Below are positions 24,409 to 35,828 of a DNA stretch of 64,000 nt, piece after piece (within the stretch, counting starts at the first letter, position 1; every line of letters starts with the position of its first letter). The position numbers and the translations under genes were made by a program. Location of the stretch: the NCBI RefSeq assembly GCF_947563725.1, contig NC_079159.1, positions 100,177,559-100,241,558 of the forward strand. Reading direction: 5' to 3'. The notes beneath the pieces were generated by a model. The model made no database searches. It saw only the letters and a list, made by a program, of their open reading frames with translations, and had not been told where the DNA came from. The DNA comes from Argiope bruennichi. Lineage: Eukaryota.

Positions 24409-24687
24409 TTAAAATTTGTTTTTCTCGGTACCTCGAATGTTTTGTAGATGGAGATGAATGAACTCGCTATTGGATAGACCTGTTCCCGAAGATCTTTTTA
24501 ATGAATATTTTTGCGGCGAAATGCAGTTGTTTTCGGGTCCTCTGACCTTCCCTTTTCTACAGACACAACCGAAGACGCAGATTTTTGAGCATAGCATGAC
24601 AGTATCTTTGTAATTGGAGCAATTTCTTAGACAGTGAGCATGGCATTCGCTCATCTCTTCACCGGCCGGGCAATCTGTATTCGCTGT
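24409..24687 (-). CDS. TIL-domain exon, paralog 2 (most complete N-terminal half)
   Basis: The translation is TANTDCPAGEEMSECHAHCLRNCSNYKDTVMLCSKICVFGCVCRKGKVRGPENNCISPQKY.... The cysteine spacing C-x8-C-x3-C-x3-C-x9-C-x3-C-x3-C-x-C-x11-C-I fits the TIL fold for C1-C9. The tenth cysteine is absent. An acceptor-like CTCTTTATTTCGAG|ACA lies on the minus strand at 24688-24700. The ORF is also open up to a Met at 24816, so a single-exon reading cannot be excluded. Confidence 0.6.
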   Translation of the reverse strand, partial: TANTDCPAGEEMSECHAHCLRNCSNYKDTVMLCSKICVFGCVCRKGKVRGPENNCISPQKYSLKRSSGTGLSNSEFIHLHLQNIRGTEKNKF

Positions 24688-25210
24688 CTCGAAATAAAGA
24701 GCGAATGTTAATATATTTGTATCCATTAAATTTTTTTCTGCAATGCAGCATGCAATGTTTAATGATATAATGCGTATTGTGCAAAATAATGATTTGATGT
24801 TGAACGTAGTGTTCAACGATGAAATTACACATCATATCTGATCATGACAAATTTGAGATGCATTTTGTTTCAATTTGCTGATTGAATAATTAAAAAATAA
24901 TAATTTTGCTGGATTAGGTTTCGACATCAAGTTGACTAGAGAGTTTAAGTCTACAATTAACGCTGGGGAAAATGGATAGATAATTGAAAATAGTTGAAAA
25001 AAATATGCTAATTTTATGATTTATAAATGATATACATTATTGCAATAAGGTACAATGAGGTATTAAATCTGTTGATGCACGAAATAGATAATAACTTTAT
25101 AATCATCTTCTATTCTTATTCATTAAAATATTAGTTATAATTATTTTTAATAAAATATTTGTTCCTAATTGCAAAACCCTTTATCTGCAATATAATATTT
25201 AAAATTTCCA

Positions 25211-25448
25211 TTAAAATCCCCTCATTCTTCGAATTTCTTCCATACTTGGAATTGAAATTTTATTTTCCGAACCATGGCAGTTTTTCTTTTTTATGCATTT
25301 GGTATTGTGCCCCCGGACGAATCCGCTGTCGCAGACGCACCCAGGAACACAGAAAAAGGGCAGACGACCGACTTGTTGAGGTCGCCGCAGTTTCTTTGGC
25401 AGCGTGCTGAGCAAGGTGCGAAGTGCTCATTCAGTGTACAACGAAGAC
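25211..25448 (-). pseudogene. TIL-domain exon, paralog 3, with an apparent 1-bp frameshift in an A5/T5 homopolymer
   Basis: One frame gives LRCTLNEHFAPCSARCQRNCGDLNKSVVCP. The +1 frame gives FFCVPGCVCDSGFVRGHNTKCIKKKNC. Together they make a complete 10-Cys TIL domain only if one T is added in the run CCCTTTTTC (plus-strand GAAAAAGGG at about 25343-25351). An acceptor-like pyrimidine tract followed by CCTAAG| lies at 25449-25475 on the minus strand. Confidence 0.55.
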
Positions 25449-26924
25449 CTTAGGAATGAAAATAATAATAATAATAATAATAATAATTTAAAAACATTAC
25501 AACCTTTTTCTATACCCCGTAAAGCACCTGAAAATGAATATGAATTTAAGAAAAAACTATAACACTTAATTTGAGAAAAATTAAAACCACCATTAGGTTT
25601 ACAATTGCAATTCTAAACTTCCAACTGATACTTGGGGACTACAAGGGATATGTATCATTGTTTTTAAGGTGTACGTACACACTAGAAGAATTTTTTTTTA
25701 AATTTTAACTTTAAAAATCCCTTTTTTTTCACAGTAGGTCATTAATATATGTTTAAACTCATTTTAGTGAGAAAAAACCATATTACACTAATTATTCATT
25801 AATTAAATAATATTTAATGAGCTAATTAGCATATTTTTTGAAACATGATATTTTAAATTCTAATTTGTACAGACACACAATTCTAGTTGGAAATTATGCC
25901 TAATATTAGTCTTCATGTTGTCTGCCTCAATCAAGTTATAAAAATACATAGTTTTTTTTAACGATTTTTTCATCACCGATGAATAGAAAAAGCGAGATTT
26001 TTTGTGTAATTTTAACTTTTAAATAGCTATCAAAAATTTATTTCTATGAATATAACTTTGATTGAAGCACAAAACATCCGCTATTTCATACAGATTATTT
26101 TGATATATAAATAATTGTATTTTGTTAATTTATTGTTGCGTTATGATTGTTTGAATGAAGCAACATAGTGGGAAAATATCATTTTTAATAAAATGAGTTG
26201 TTTTAAAAAAATCGTAACTAGAGTTTTTAATGAAAGCTCCTCAAGAAAAATAATTATAACTCGAGAAATATTTCGAATATTGACAACATCTTGGTATCGT
26301 TTGAAAGCTAAAGGATCAGAGAACATTATTAAGCAATAAAAAAAAATCGATATTTTGAACGATTTTCGAAGTTTCAAGTGTGTACATACACCTTAATTTA
26401 AACAAGCTCATGTGTGTATCTGATTCAACCCTATTATTCTTAATTTAAAGTATTTGTTATAATGGTTATTAACTGTGTAAAGCTAAAACATTCAACTTTT
26501 TTCATAAAATTGGTAGAATCAATTCTGGTTTTATAATAATGACCTGGTGTGTTTATAAGAAAGAACTGAGAGAAGAATAATCAAAGCATATAACATAAAT
26601 TTATATTTATTTTCTCTTATAATTTCCTTCGATACCTTTCATAATTACAATCCATGCTGTAGTTAACAGCAGACATAATCCTTAACATCAGTCATACAAA
26701 ATGTTATAAATTCTTATCGAATACTTGTACAAATTTTCGAAATATTATTTATATTTTCAGGGGCTTGAATTATAATTAACATTCTTTTCTAATTTTTAAA
26801 ATTACGTACAGCAATGTGGTCTGTAACAGTGAAACATTTCATTAATAGAACAGCAATTGAATTTTCATGTGTAAATGCGTAGTCTTAGATTCGGTTCAGA
26901 TAATCAATGAATGATCAGTTGATG

Positions 26925-26992
26925 GCCATTCCCCCCCCCCCCCCATCATCTGAATGATAATATGATGATGTATAAGGAAAGGGGGGGGAATA
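26925..26992. other. C16 ... G8 inverted homopolymers around a short palindrome (potential hairpin or cruciform)
   Basis: The sequence is TTCCCCCCCCCCCCCCCCATCATCTGAATGATAATATGATGATGTATAAGGAAAGGGGGGGGAAT. The inner ATCATC...GATGAT arms are complementary, and the outer C and G runs are complementary. Confidence 0.5.
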
Positions 26993-27929
26993 AAAGGAAA
27001 GGATAATTAAATTAATGATTGGGCTTTGAAAACGAAACATGAAAATTCTGAAATACAGAGAGAATCATTAAAAACAAATTGATTATAATGACTGGAATAA
27101 AAATTATTTCAATGAATGTTAAAAAAACTACGATAAGTTCCATTCTTGCATTATGCCTTGTTTATGTTAAATCATTTTATTATCTCTCAAAATGTTTTTT
27201 TATACTTTTTTGGAAATGCGGAAAATCATAGTTCCATAATAAAGACAAATCCTAACCTTTGTTGAGAATTGAATTACATAAAATAAGTTAAACAAGGAGA
27301 TGATTTCCACGACAGTCAAAGAGCAAAAAGCTGTTAGGCCATTCATATGATGATCATTGCTCGTTCTCTGTTGGTCAAAATGCCAAAAAAAAAAAAAAAA
27401 AAATTCATGTCATTAATTAAAGTTAAAAAATTCCAGTGCTTTGTCTCTTAATGAAAAAGATATCTGCAGTTTTATTTTAAATTAAATAACTGACATAAAA
27501 AAGATAAACTATTTTTAATTTGTGATGCATATAGTAAAAAAAAAAAAAAAAAATAGAATAAAAGAAAATTATTCTTTGCAACTTTTATTTAAAATATAGA
27601 ATATGATTGCACATCGTATTAAAAATTAAACTTTATTTATTTATTTATTTTTGCCTCGTCCAGAAAAATGCTTTCAGAGTGAGAAGTAGCTTTATATTTT
27701 TAAAGAACTTGGATTATTCCGTTTATATTTCATTAATTAATAGTTCATATTAATCAAATAACGAGATCTAGTTTTCTAAAAGTCAACCTCAGACGCAGCT
27801 TTCTGCTCGAATTTTACAATCAGTCTCTTTAAATGTACAATGTGGATAGATTGCGTGAAAGAAATATTGTAAAATTAATGGAAAAATATTTTCTTTTCCT
27901 TTTTTATTTCTTCTAACTTTTTACCATTC

Positions 27930-28235
27930 CCTATGCTAAGTAAACAGTACAGAAGTATACAAAGACAGTATATTGAAATCGCTAAATAATTTGAACTCGA
28001 AATTTTGACGAATCTCTACGTTTTAGACCTTTTCGAGTCCAGAAATATTTTTCAAATTATGTCTGTCTGTATGTGAACACGATAACTCAAAAGCACTTTG
28101 AGTTAGACGGACAAAATCCAATTTGAAATCTTTACATAAAATGTTTAGATTTCCACCATATGTTGCAAGAGATTTATTCTCTTGGGTTTTCCAGTGCACG
28201 TGAACACGACAATTAATGAATGTGCACCTTTCTTT
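27930..28235 (+). repeat. Dispersed repeat family, copy 2 (3-prime truncated)
   Basis: Matches the 5-prime third of copy 1: ...AATTTGAACTCGAAATTTTGACGAATCTCTACG...GCACTTTGAGTTAGACGGACAAAATCCAATTTGAAATCTTTACAT.... Confidence 0.5.
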
Positions 28236-29642
28236 GCAATGTTAGATTTTTTAAAAATTTAAATTAATTAAAAAATTGATTTGCTGATTTTTGCCTTTTT
28301 TCCACAATATCTTCCGGTAATAGTATTGCACAAAAATGAAACGAATTCTGCATCATTGTATAATATAAAAAAATTATTTTTTAATGATACTTATTTAATA
28401 ATCTTGCAAATTTTTGTTGAATTTTGTCATTTTTTTAAATTTTTGATCGATTTTTTTACATTGTTGTCCCCAAATTTAAACTGTTTTCAATGTTTCATCA
28501 AATATTTGATCACTTAATTTTCTTCCACTGTTGAAAACGAAAGAAAAAAGATTCTGTTTAATATCTGTGAAGTTTACAAGATAAAAAAGTGAAGTTACAA
28601 TATCACAAAATTTAGACTAAAAATGAATTAAATATTTATGTTTTAATAGCGCTATGATGTCATGAGAGTACCTCCATTTGTAAGGTTCCTGTACACAATA
28701 AACAGAATTCAAGTAAGACAATTAAAATACACGGCTTTAATGTCAGATAATTTGGAGAAATCAAAAACATGAAAATATAAAATACGCTTTTTCTAAAATC
28801 AAATATAACCAGTATTACCTACTACCAGCTGGTCGTCTTATAATATTTAAACAAATTTTTTATCAATTATTATCCGAAGATTTTCAAATTCCTTGTCAGA
28901 TTTCAAAATTTTCGGAATCTGAATAATATTAAATGAGCAGATTTTTATTGTCTGCGTGTATGCTTTGTCTTATTGAACAGAGGAAATTAAGTGCAAAAAT
29001 GCACGACAAAGCATATTTTTTCCTCTGGCGAGCAATTTTTAAATTTGAATAATTGTTTATAAAAAAAGGAACTAATTAAATAATGTGAAGTAAGCAAGAA
29101 GTTGATTGACTATAAAGGTGAAACGGTTAAAAGAAATATACACCAAATAAATAATTGAAAAGAACAAGATTGTACGGCATTCAAATTTGTACAAAATATT
29201 CTTGAAGAAGTTCGGTGTCCATACTTTAGCAATTAAATGAAAGTAAGAAAATTTGTTGGAATTAAACATTTTTTTACTTAATACATTGTTAAAATGATTC
29301 TGATATCTTATAATGGAGAGAATTTAGTTTATAGAAATTTATTGATTTATTGATAAGAAAGTAGCGATTTTTAATCGATCTGCTTGAGACCCTTCTTAGC
29401 TTATCTAATTCGACATTGGCTCTTAATAACGATAGCTACTGTGATGGACGGCTGAAAAGGAAGGCAAAAGAAGCTAGATTACTTTTATCAATATATTGCA
29501 AATTAGCTTAAATAGATCCATATCTTTCGAAAGCTAGCTTTTATTGTATTCTTAACAATCAAAACTTCGCCACTTTTATGCCATGTGCCAACAAAATTAT
29601 TACAAAAGATTTTAGTTAACTTAGTTATATTTACATTCTTTC

Positions 29643-30557
29643 TTACTTTCTCGTATATGAGGTATAAAAATTGTATTGCAATGGTCGAAAAAATTCGAAC
29701 TCGCAATTTTGACGAATCTTTCTGTTTTAGAGCTCCTTGAGTTCGGAAAACACATTTAAAAAATGTTCGTCAATCTGTCACAAAGATAACTATAAAACGC
29801 TTTGAGTTAAATGGATGTAATTTGTCATATGGGTTTTGGACCAAATATTGTAGATTTCTACGAAATTTTGAGCAAAATCTGTCCAAAGGAGTCTGTCTGT
29901 TCGATTATTCGAAATGGAGACAATTAGATGCATTAAATTCAGTGCACATATTTATCGCACAAAGTGTAAACACCTACAAATTCTAAGCCAAATCCAATGA
30001 GGCATTGACCATAAACCTGATAACTCAAAAATACACTGATATAAATGTATCAAATTTAGTATGTTTCTTTCGGAGTATAAGTGTAGTTCTGCGTCAAATT
30101 GTTTTTTCAATCGATTGTAAAACGCACAGTCTAATTTCGGATGTTATTAACTGCATGTTAGGGATCAATCGCCAAAATCTCCGCCAAGGAGCATAGGACC
30201 GATTAAAAGTGTTTTGGCCCATGATGGCTCATTAAAAAAAAGCATAATCACATAGAAATCAAACACAAAATTTTGGACTGTATTACCATTGTTTTATTTT
30301 GAAAACTCTCTGGAACACACTAAAGGGTTGTATCCTTTGGCCGTTTGATGGCGCTACAAAATTAGTAGACGGGGCATTCTGCTGACTTATTGGCGCCAAC
30401 GACAACAACAACAACAAAAAAAAAAAACATTGAATTTTCGCCAAAGGTCAATATTTCATAACTATAGTACGCCAATGCCATGCAAGACATTCTCTGAAAA
30501 CATACCTTTATTAGAGAGTATGCGAGAAAGTTTTGAAAAGACCACTCCCGCTGTTTA
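29643..30557 (+). repeat. Dispersed repeat family, copy 3 (longest)
   Basis: It runs from CTTTCTCGTATATGAGG...AATTCGAACTCGCAATTTTGACGAATCTTTCTG to ...GCCAAAGGTCAATATTTCATAACTATAGTAC...ATTAGAGAGTATGCGAGAAAGTTTTGAAAAGACCAC. Confidence 0.65.
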
Positions 30558-33500
30558 ATCTTCCAGTGGGCATGTTCTCTTTACCAACAAGAAAAGTTGC
30601 GCATATTTCCAGGATACACTATTGTAAAATATAAATTTTTAACGCATCTTAAGTGAGGAACGATTAAACTCGATTTATGTTTATTTTTAATAAAAGATAT
30701 GATAATAATCCTTTGATACAAATTATCGAATTATTTCAAAAGCCAAACAATTTTGGCTATTGTTCCAAAATAATTTTGTGCTCCAATTGCCCCCCCCCAA
30801 GAAAAAAACAAATCATCTGGTAAATGGAGAGAGTTTGGCAAGGGATCGCTCGCTTAGGTTGTGTTTAAGAGTTCAATTATGAAAAGTAGATTGCAATTGG
30901 GTAGAGGCTCAGAGGTCAATAAATAAAATTATTTTGAAAGAGCTATTATTTTTTAAAAATGGAACTTAAAACATAAGGTCAAAATAAAATGAACAAACAA
31001 ATTGGAAAAATAAAAGAACTGAAATTGTCAGTATTCCAAACGTATTATTTACATTTATAATACAAAACTGTAGGAACAATAAGGGAATTAAAAAAAATGG
31101 AATTCTGACATTTTTACAACTTTCACAACCAAACTCTATATTTGTAGAGTGTTTTTCATATTCGGTGGTTTGCCTCTTTTTCTCCTGATGACGGCATGTC
31201 TTCCTGTCTTCAAAAAATAATTTTTGTTTTGTTTTGTTTGTCCAATAATTTTAGTTTTAATTTGCTTTGTAAACAGATTGGCTTCATCTCTCAACGCATT
31301 CTTTTATTTCTAGTTTTGTAGATATTTTCTTCGAAGTAGTTTTTCTTTATTATTTATCGAATAAATAGTTGTTGATTGCAGCCACATTATAAAACACTTA
31401 ATAAAATAAAAAGAAAAGAAGATGTAGCAAAAATTTACGTCAACGGTCGCTCGCATCGTTGAAATATAAATAGACGATTGCAGAGTTCTATTAGCATCTT
31501 GAGTTCCAAACGTTAACCAACGCTTTGTCGAAAGGAGAATAGTTTAAGTCTCATTTTGAAACATATTTCGTAATTTTGAACCGTGGTTAGACAGCAATGA
31601 TGACTTGGGTCAGATCCCCCCCCCCGCATTCGTTCATATTTCCGTACCATACTACTTTACATGGTAAATGTGTAGGCCAAAGTTAATCCATCCAGCGTTT
31701 TAAGTTTTTTAATTACCGTGGTCACTTACTAGACAGACTAAAAATTTTTCTGAATGGATTTCAATCAAAATTTGATCGAAATTTACATATATGGTATAAA
31801 GATGATATCGTATGGTATAAGATTATATATCAAACTTTATCCAGGCAACGTAATTGAATTTACATATATACAAACAGACGGATTCCATTCCAAAAAAAAT
31901 GTTTTTCAGACTTAATAAGGTCTGAACGTTTGAAGATTACTCTCAGTGTATTTCGTATACGAAAAATTAATTACCATATCCTAAAGCTATCACATAGTTT
32001 AAAATCTGATGTTAATCTTGTAAATAAATTTTCTATGCAATTAGTCTTCTAGAAGAATTAAATTTTGAAGTTGTAAATTTAATATATATTTGAAACTTAA
32101 TTCATCTACTTCTGCAATCCAAATAAATAAATAAATAAAATAGCTTACTTTCAACCTCTCTGAAATTTAAATAACAATTCTAACTTGCATACTTTTTCTG
32201 ATACAAATTCATTATCAAGATTTTTTTAAAGTTATATACATTCAATTTTAAAATTTCAATCAATTTTGAGCAATGTAGAATTAATAATAACCAAAAAATG
32301 GCCCGTTAATTAATAATAACCAATTTAATGTGTAATATTGGAATTTCCGCATTGTGTTATAATAATTCTATTATTTAATGATAAATGTAACGATTTTCCT
32401 TTTTTCCTGTGTATAAATATGATCAGAATTAAGATTCTTTGTGTTGTGGGTGTCTTAATAATTATTGTACCCCATTAAATACATTAATAAGTTTTAAATC
32501 TCGTGAGCTAAAAAATACGTTTTTCTTTAAATGTAAAACATTTTCATTTAATTTACTATAAAGTTCTGACAATTTTGTTTTCAAAACGAGTTTTTCCAAA
32601 CCGATCCGATTTTCATACTAAAATCTGTTTCACATGTAAATAGGCAATAAATATTCACTTAACTAAAAAAATAAAACAACGATAAATAAATGAATGCAGC
32701 TTGTCCTAAATGGAAATTATTCCCCGAAAACACCAATCATCCCGATTCGATTGAAAACTTTAACTATGTTTTCATCTTTCTCCAAGGCCATTTGTTAATT
32801 TTTCGAATAAATTATGCTAATTTGTGTTTTGTCTTCGTGTGTGCTCGCGCATTCTCGTTTCTTCCCGAACTTTCACGCTTTTCTCAGTTTGATTTTGTCC
32901 TTAAACCGGAGCAGGTGTTTGGCTTATTTGTGTTAAATTTTAATATGCTGGCATTTGAAAGTGAACTTTGGCGAGTGCAATTTTATCTATGGATCTTATA
33001 CCTAATCATCACTCCGTATTGCTTGAACTCTCCTCTTTGTTGTACCTCTTCAGTTGAACCTTAGAACCCTAAACATGGACTGAATCGCATCAGCGAAACT
33101 GCTTTGTAATTGATAATTGGCTAAAACTTTACTTTGTTTTTGTGCGCGTTCTTGTGTTTGCAAATGAAATAGATAACAAGGGTTAACAGCCATTGTTGTT
33201 ATAAATCCCTACCTCCAACTTTTTTCAAGTTTATCGATAGCTTTCGTATGAGCCATACTGGAAGACTTTAACGAGTACAACTTTGATTTTTGGATCATCT
33301 TTAAAACATAAGAAAAAAGTTTATTTAAAAGAAGATAGAAATAACCATAACTTATACAAATAAACAAGAAAAGTTGATGAATATGGAATAAATCTGTTTG
33401 AATGTCATCTACGAATTCTATAAGCTATGGTAAGTTGATATTTACTGTAATATTTTTATTGCTGAAGTTCTCCGATTATTGCAGTAATAAGCTTGATTTT

Positions 33501-34989
33501 ATGATGAAAGTATTTTATTTATGCATGCAATTATTTGAGCATTGTTAGTATGTATTTTAGAGACGAAAAACTTTTGTATGTAATAAGGAATCGACATTAA
33601 AGAAAGATAATTAATTTGAATAATACGATAAAGCACTGTTTATTATCCTTTCTCAAGGAACTGAAATATTTTTAAATGAAATGGTGTGCAATCGAAATTT
33701 TAATAAACTTATTTTATTGTGTTATGCTGATAATGTGATTTCATTTATAAAGAATTTAAAAAATTTTAAGTTAGTGTGGTATTAAAAACAGTAATTATAT
33801 TCTTAAACATTTATCACAAAAGTACAAAAAAAGTCGTTCCATCATTGCTTATCCTTTTAGTACTTATTTTATATGATTTTTATATGCATGTAAATAGACA
33901 TCTAATTGGAAAATTCTTTAATCGTCTTCTGTATTGCTGATTGTCTATAAGTATTAAAAGCAGCATGAAACTATTTCAATTCTTTGAACATTCTGACAAA
34001 GTACTCGAAGCTTTTCGAGTTCTACTTCATTTTTAAAGAAAAGTGATAATAAAATTCTTAAGCATTGGGTGTATTACTAATACTAGATAAATTTCCCATT
34101 TAATTAATAAGTTGTGAATAATTCCGATGCCGTCATATCGTTATTACAGTTGCCATACTCCTCAAATGTAATCTCTGCTTTTGAAAAGTCGAGTCTTCAA
34201 AACCGAAGTAGATATAATCAAAGCGTTTCGTCCATTTTAGGTTATCAAAGAAATACTTATTCCTTACAGTGATTACGAATGAAGCGGTTTCTTGCTACCA
34301 TGTGATGAAATAATTTATAAATGAAAGCAGCATGAAAACGTATAAATGGTGCTTTACCGTAATTTTAATAGAAACTCATTTACGTACTGCATGTTAAAAA
34401 ACTATTTCATCAGAGTTTGTTGAAATAATTAGATTTGTAATTTTTTAAATTTAAGACTGATTTATCATTCAATGGCACTAGTAAAGTTTTAATTTTCGTG
34501 TCTTGATAAAGATTAAATATAAAGCAAACTAATAATTTCTTATTTGTGAATTATCTCTATATTTTAATTATTTTGGAATGTGATTTTCTTGCTACCATTA
34601 GTCAACGTTTCAATTAATTAAAACTTGCCAACAATCTGCAAAAGAATACAAATCAATTTCACTTAAAAAAAAATTAAGTTTGGCAATTTTGTCGTATTCT
34701 TTAGTTTATATAGTTCGAGTTCATATTAAAGAACTCGAACTAACAGAAACCAATCATCACTCCTTTGGATTTTAATTGTTTGTAAACTATCTTGAGCGAT
34801 GTGCATTTTGTTAAGCAAAACTAAATTAGTTTCAGAAAAATATAATTGGTTTTTGTGTAGTGCTATAATTTCGGAACGATGAGTATTTGAATTCGTTGCG
34901 ATTTTCTTTTCTTTTTTTTTTTGTATCGTAAAAAAAAATCATAGGAGATCTTATTTGAAAATTCTGACCATCTGTCCAAATCTAAAATG

Positions 34990-35018
<29 letters not shown>
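34990..35018. repeat. poly(A) tract, about 29 nt
   Basis: Read directly. Other A-rich runs nearby are at 35051-35090 and 35228-35258. Confidence 0.9.
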
Positions 35019-35021
<3 letters not shown>

Positions 35022-35753
35022 AGGATTTTTAATTTTGTTGGCGTTTTTTCTTTTCGTATGAAACTTGCATTTGGTTTCCCCCTCCCCTCCCCTCCCCATA
35101 TGAAACTACATGGCTTTTGCGCCAGAAAAACCGAAACAACCAAACCGAACCCCGTATGAAACTTGTAAAGGAAATATTTGTACACGAAGTCGATAAGTAG
35201 TGTGTAAAAGTCGCAAAAATTAAATTGTAATTTTCTTTTTTTTTCTTTTTTTTTTTTTGTATATAAATTAGGCCTAAGTGAAGATAAGTGTGCACCAGCT
35301 GTTTGTCACCAATATTGCAACCCATCGGATCCCTCTTATAGCAATCGTACTGATGTTTTGTTTATTACTTTTTCCAATGGTTGAGTTGTACATAAACTAC
35401 AATTACATTATGAAAAATGTTAAATTAAAAATATTAAAAAAATATCGATTAAAGATTTTAATTTTGTTCTTTATTATAATTAAAATTTATTAAATAAAGA
35501 AAGTTAAGCTTATAATTAAAAGTTATTTTCTTCTTTCTTTTTTTTAATGTGAATACGAACAGAAAATATTTATTCTTTTGCAATCTTTAATTGTCAGTGT
35601 GCGCTTTAAAAAAATCGTCTGCATTCTCACTTTAAAAGACAGCTGCAAAGGAATTCTTCGCAATTCTCGTAATTCTTTTGGTGTTATAATGGTTGGTTCC
35701 CTTCATAATTTATGTCGGGAGTATTTCGAACCTGTAGAATGGATGAAGGGTGA

Positions 35754-35756
<3 letters not shown>

Positions 35757-35822
<66 letters not shown>
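35757..35822. repeat. (TA)n microsatellite, about 33 units
   Basis: Read directly. The IYIYIY tail of ORF 35578-35829 is an artefact of it. Confidence 0.95.

Positions 35823-35828
<6 letters not shown>

Noticed and set aside
24688-24816. The N-terminal extension MNTTFNIKSLFCTIRIISLNIACCIAEKN... of ORF 24409-24816, considered as the signal peptide of TIL paralog 2.
   Set aside because: It is hydrophobic but contains charged Arg residues and is not a typical signal peptide. A strong acceptor site at 24688 suggests this stretch is intronic. It is left unresolved.
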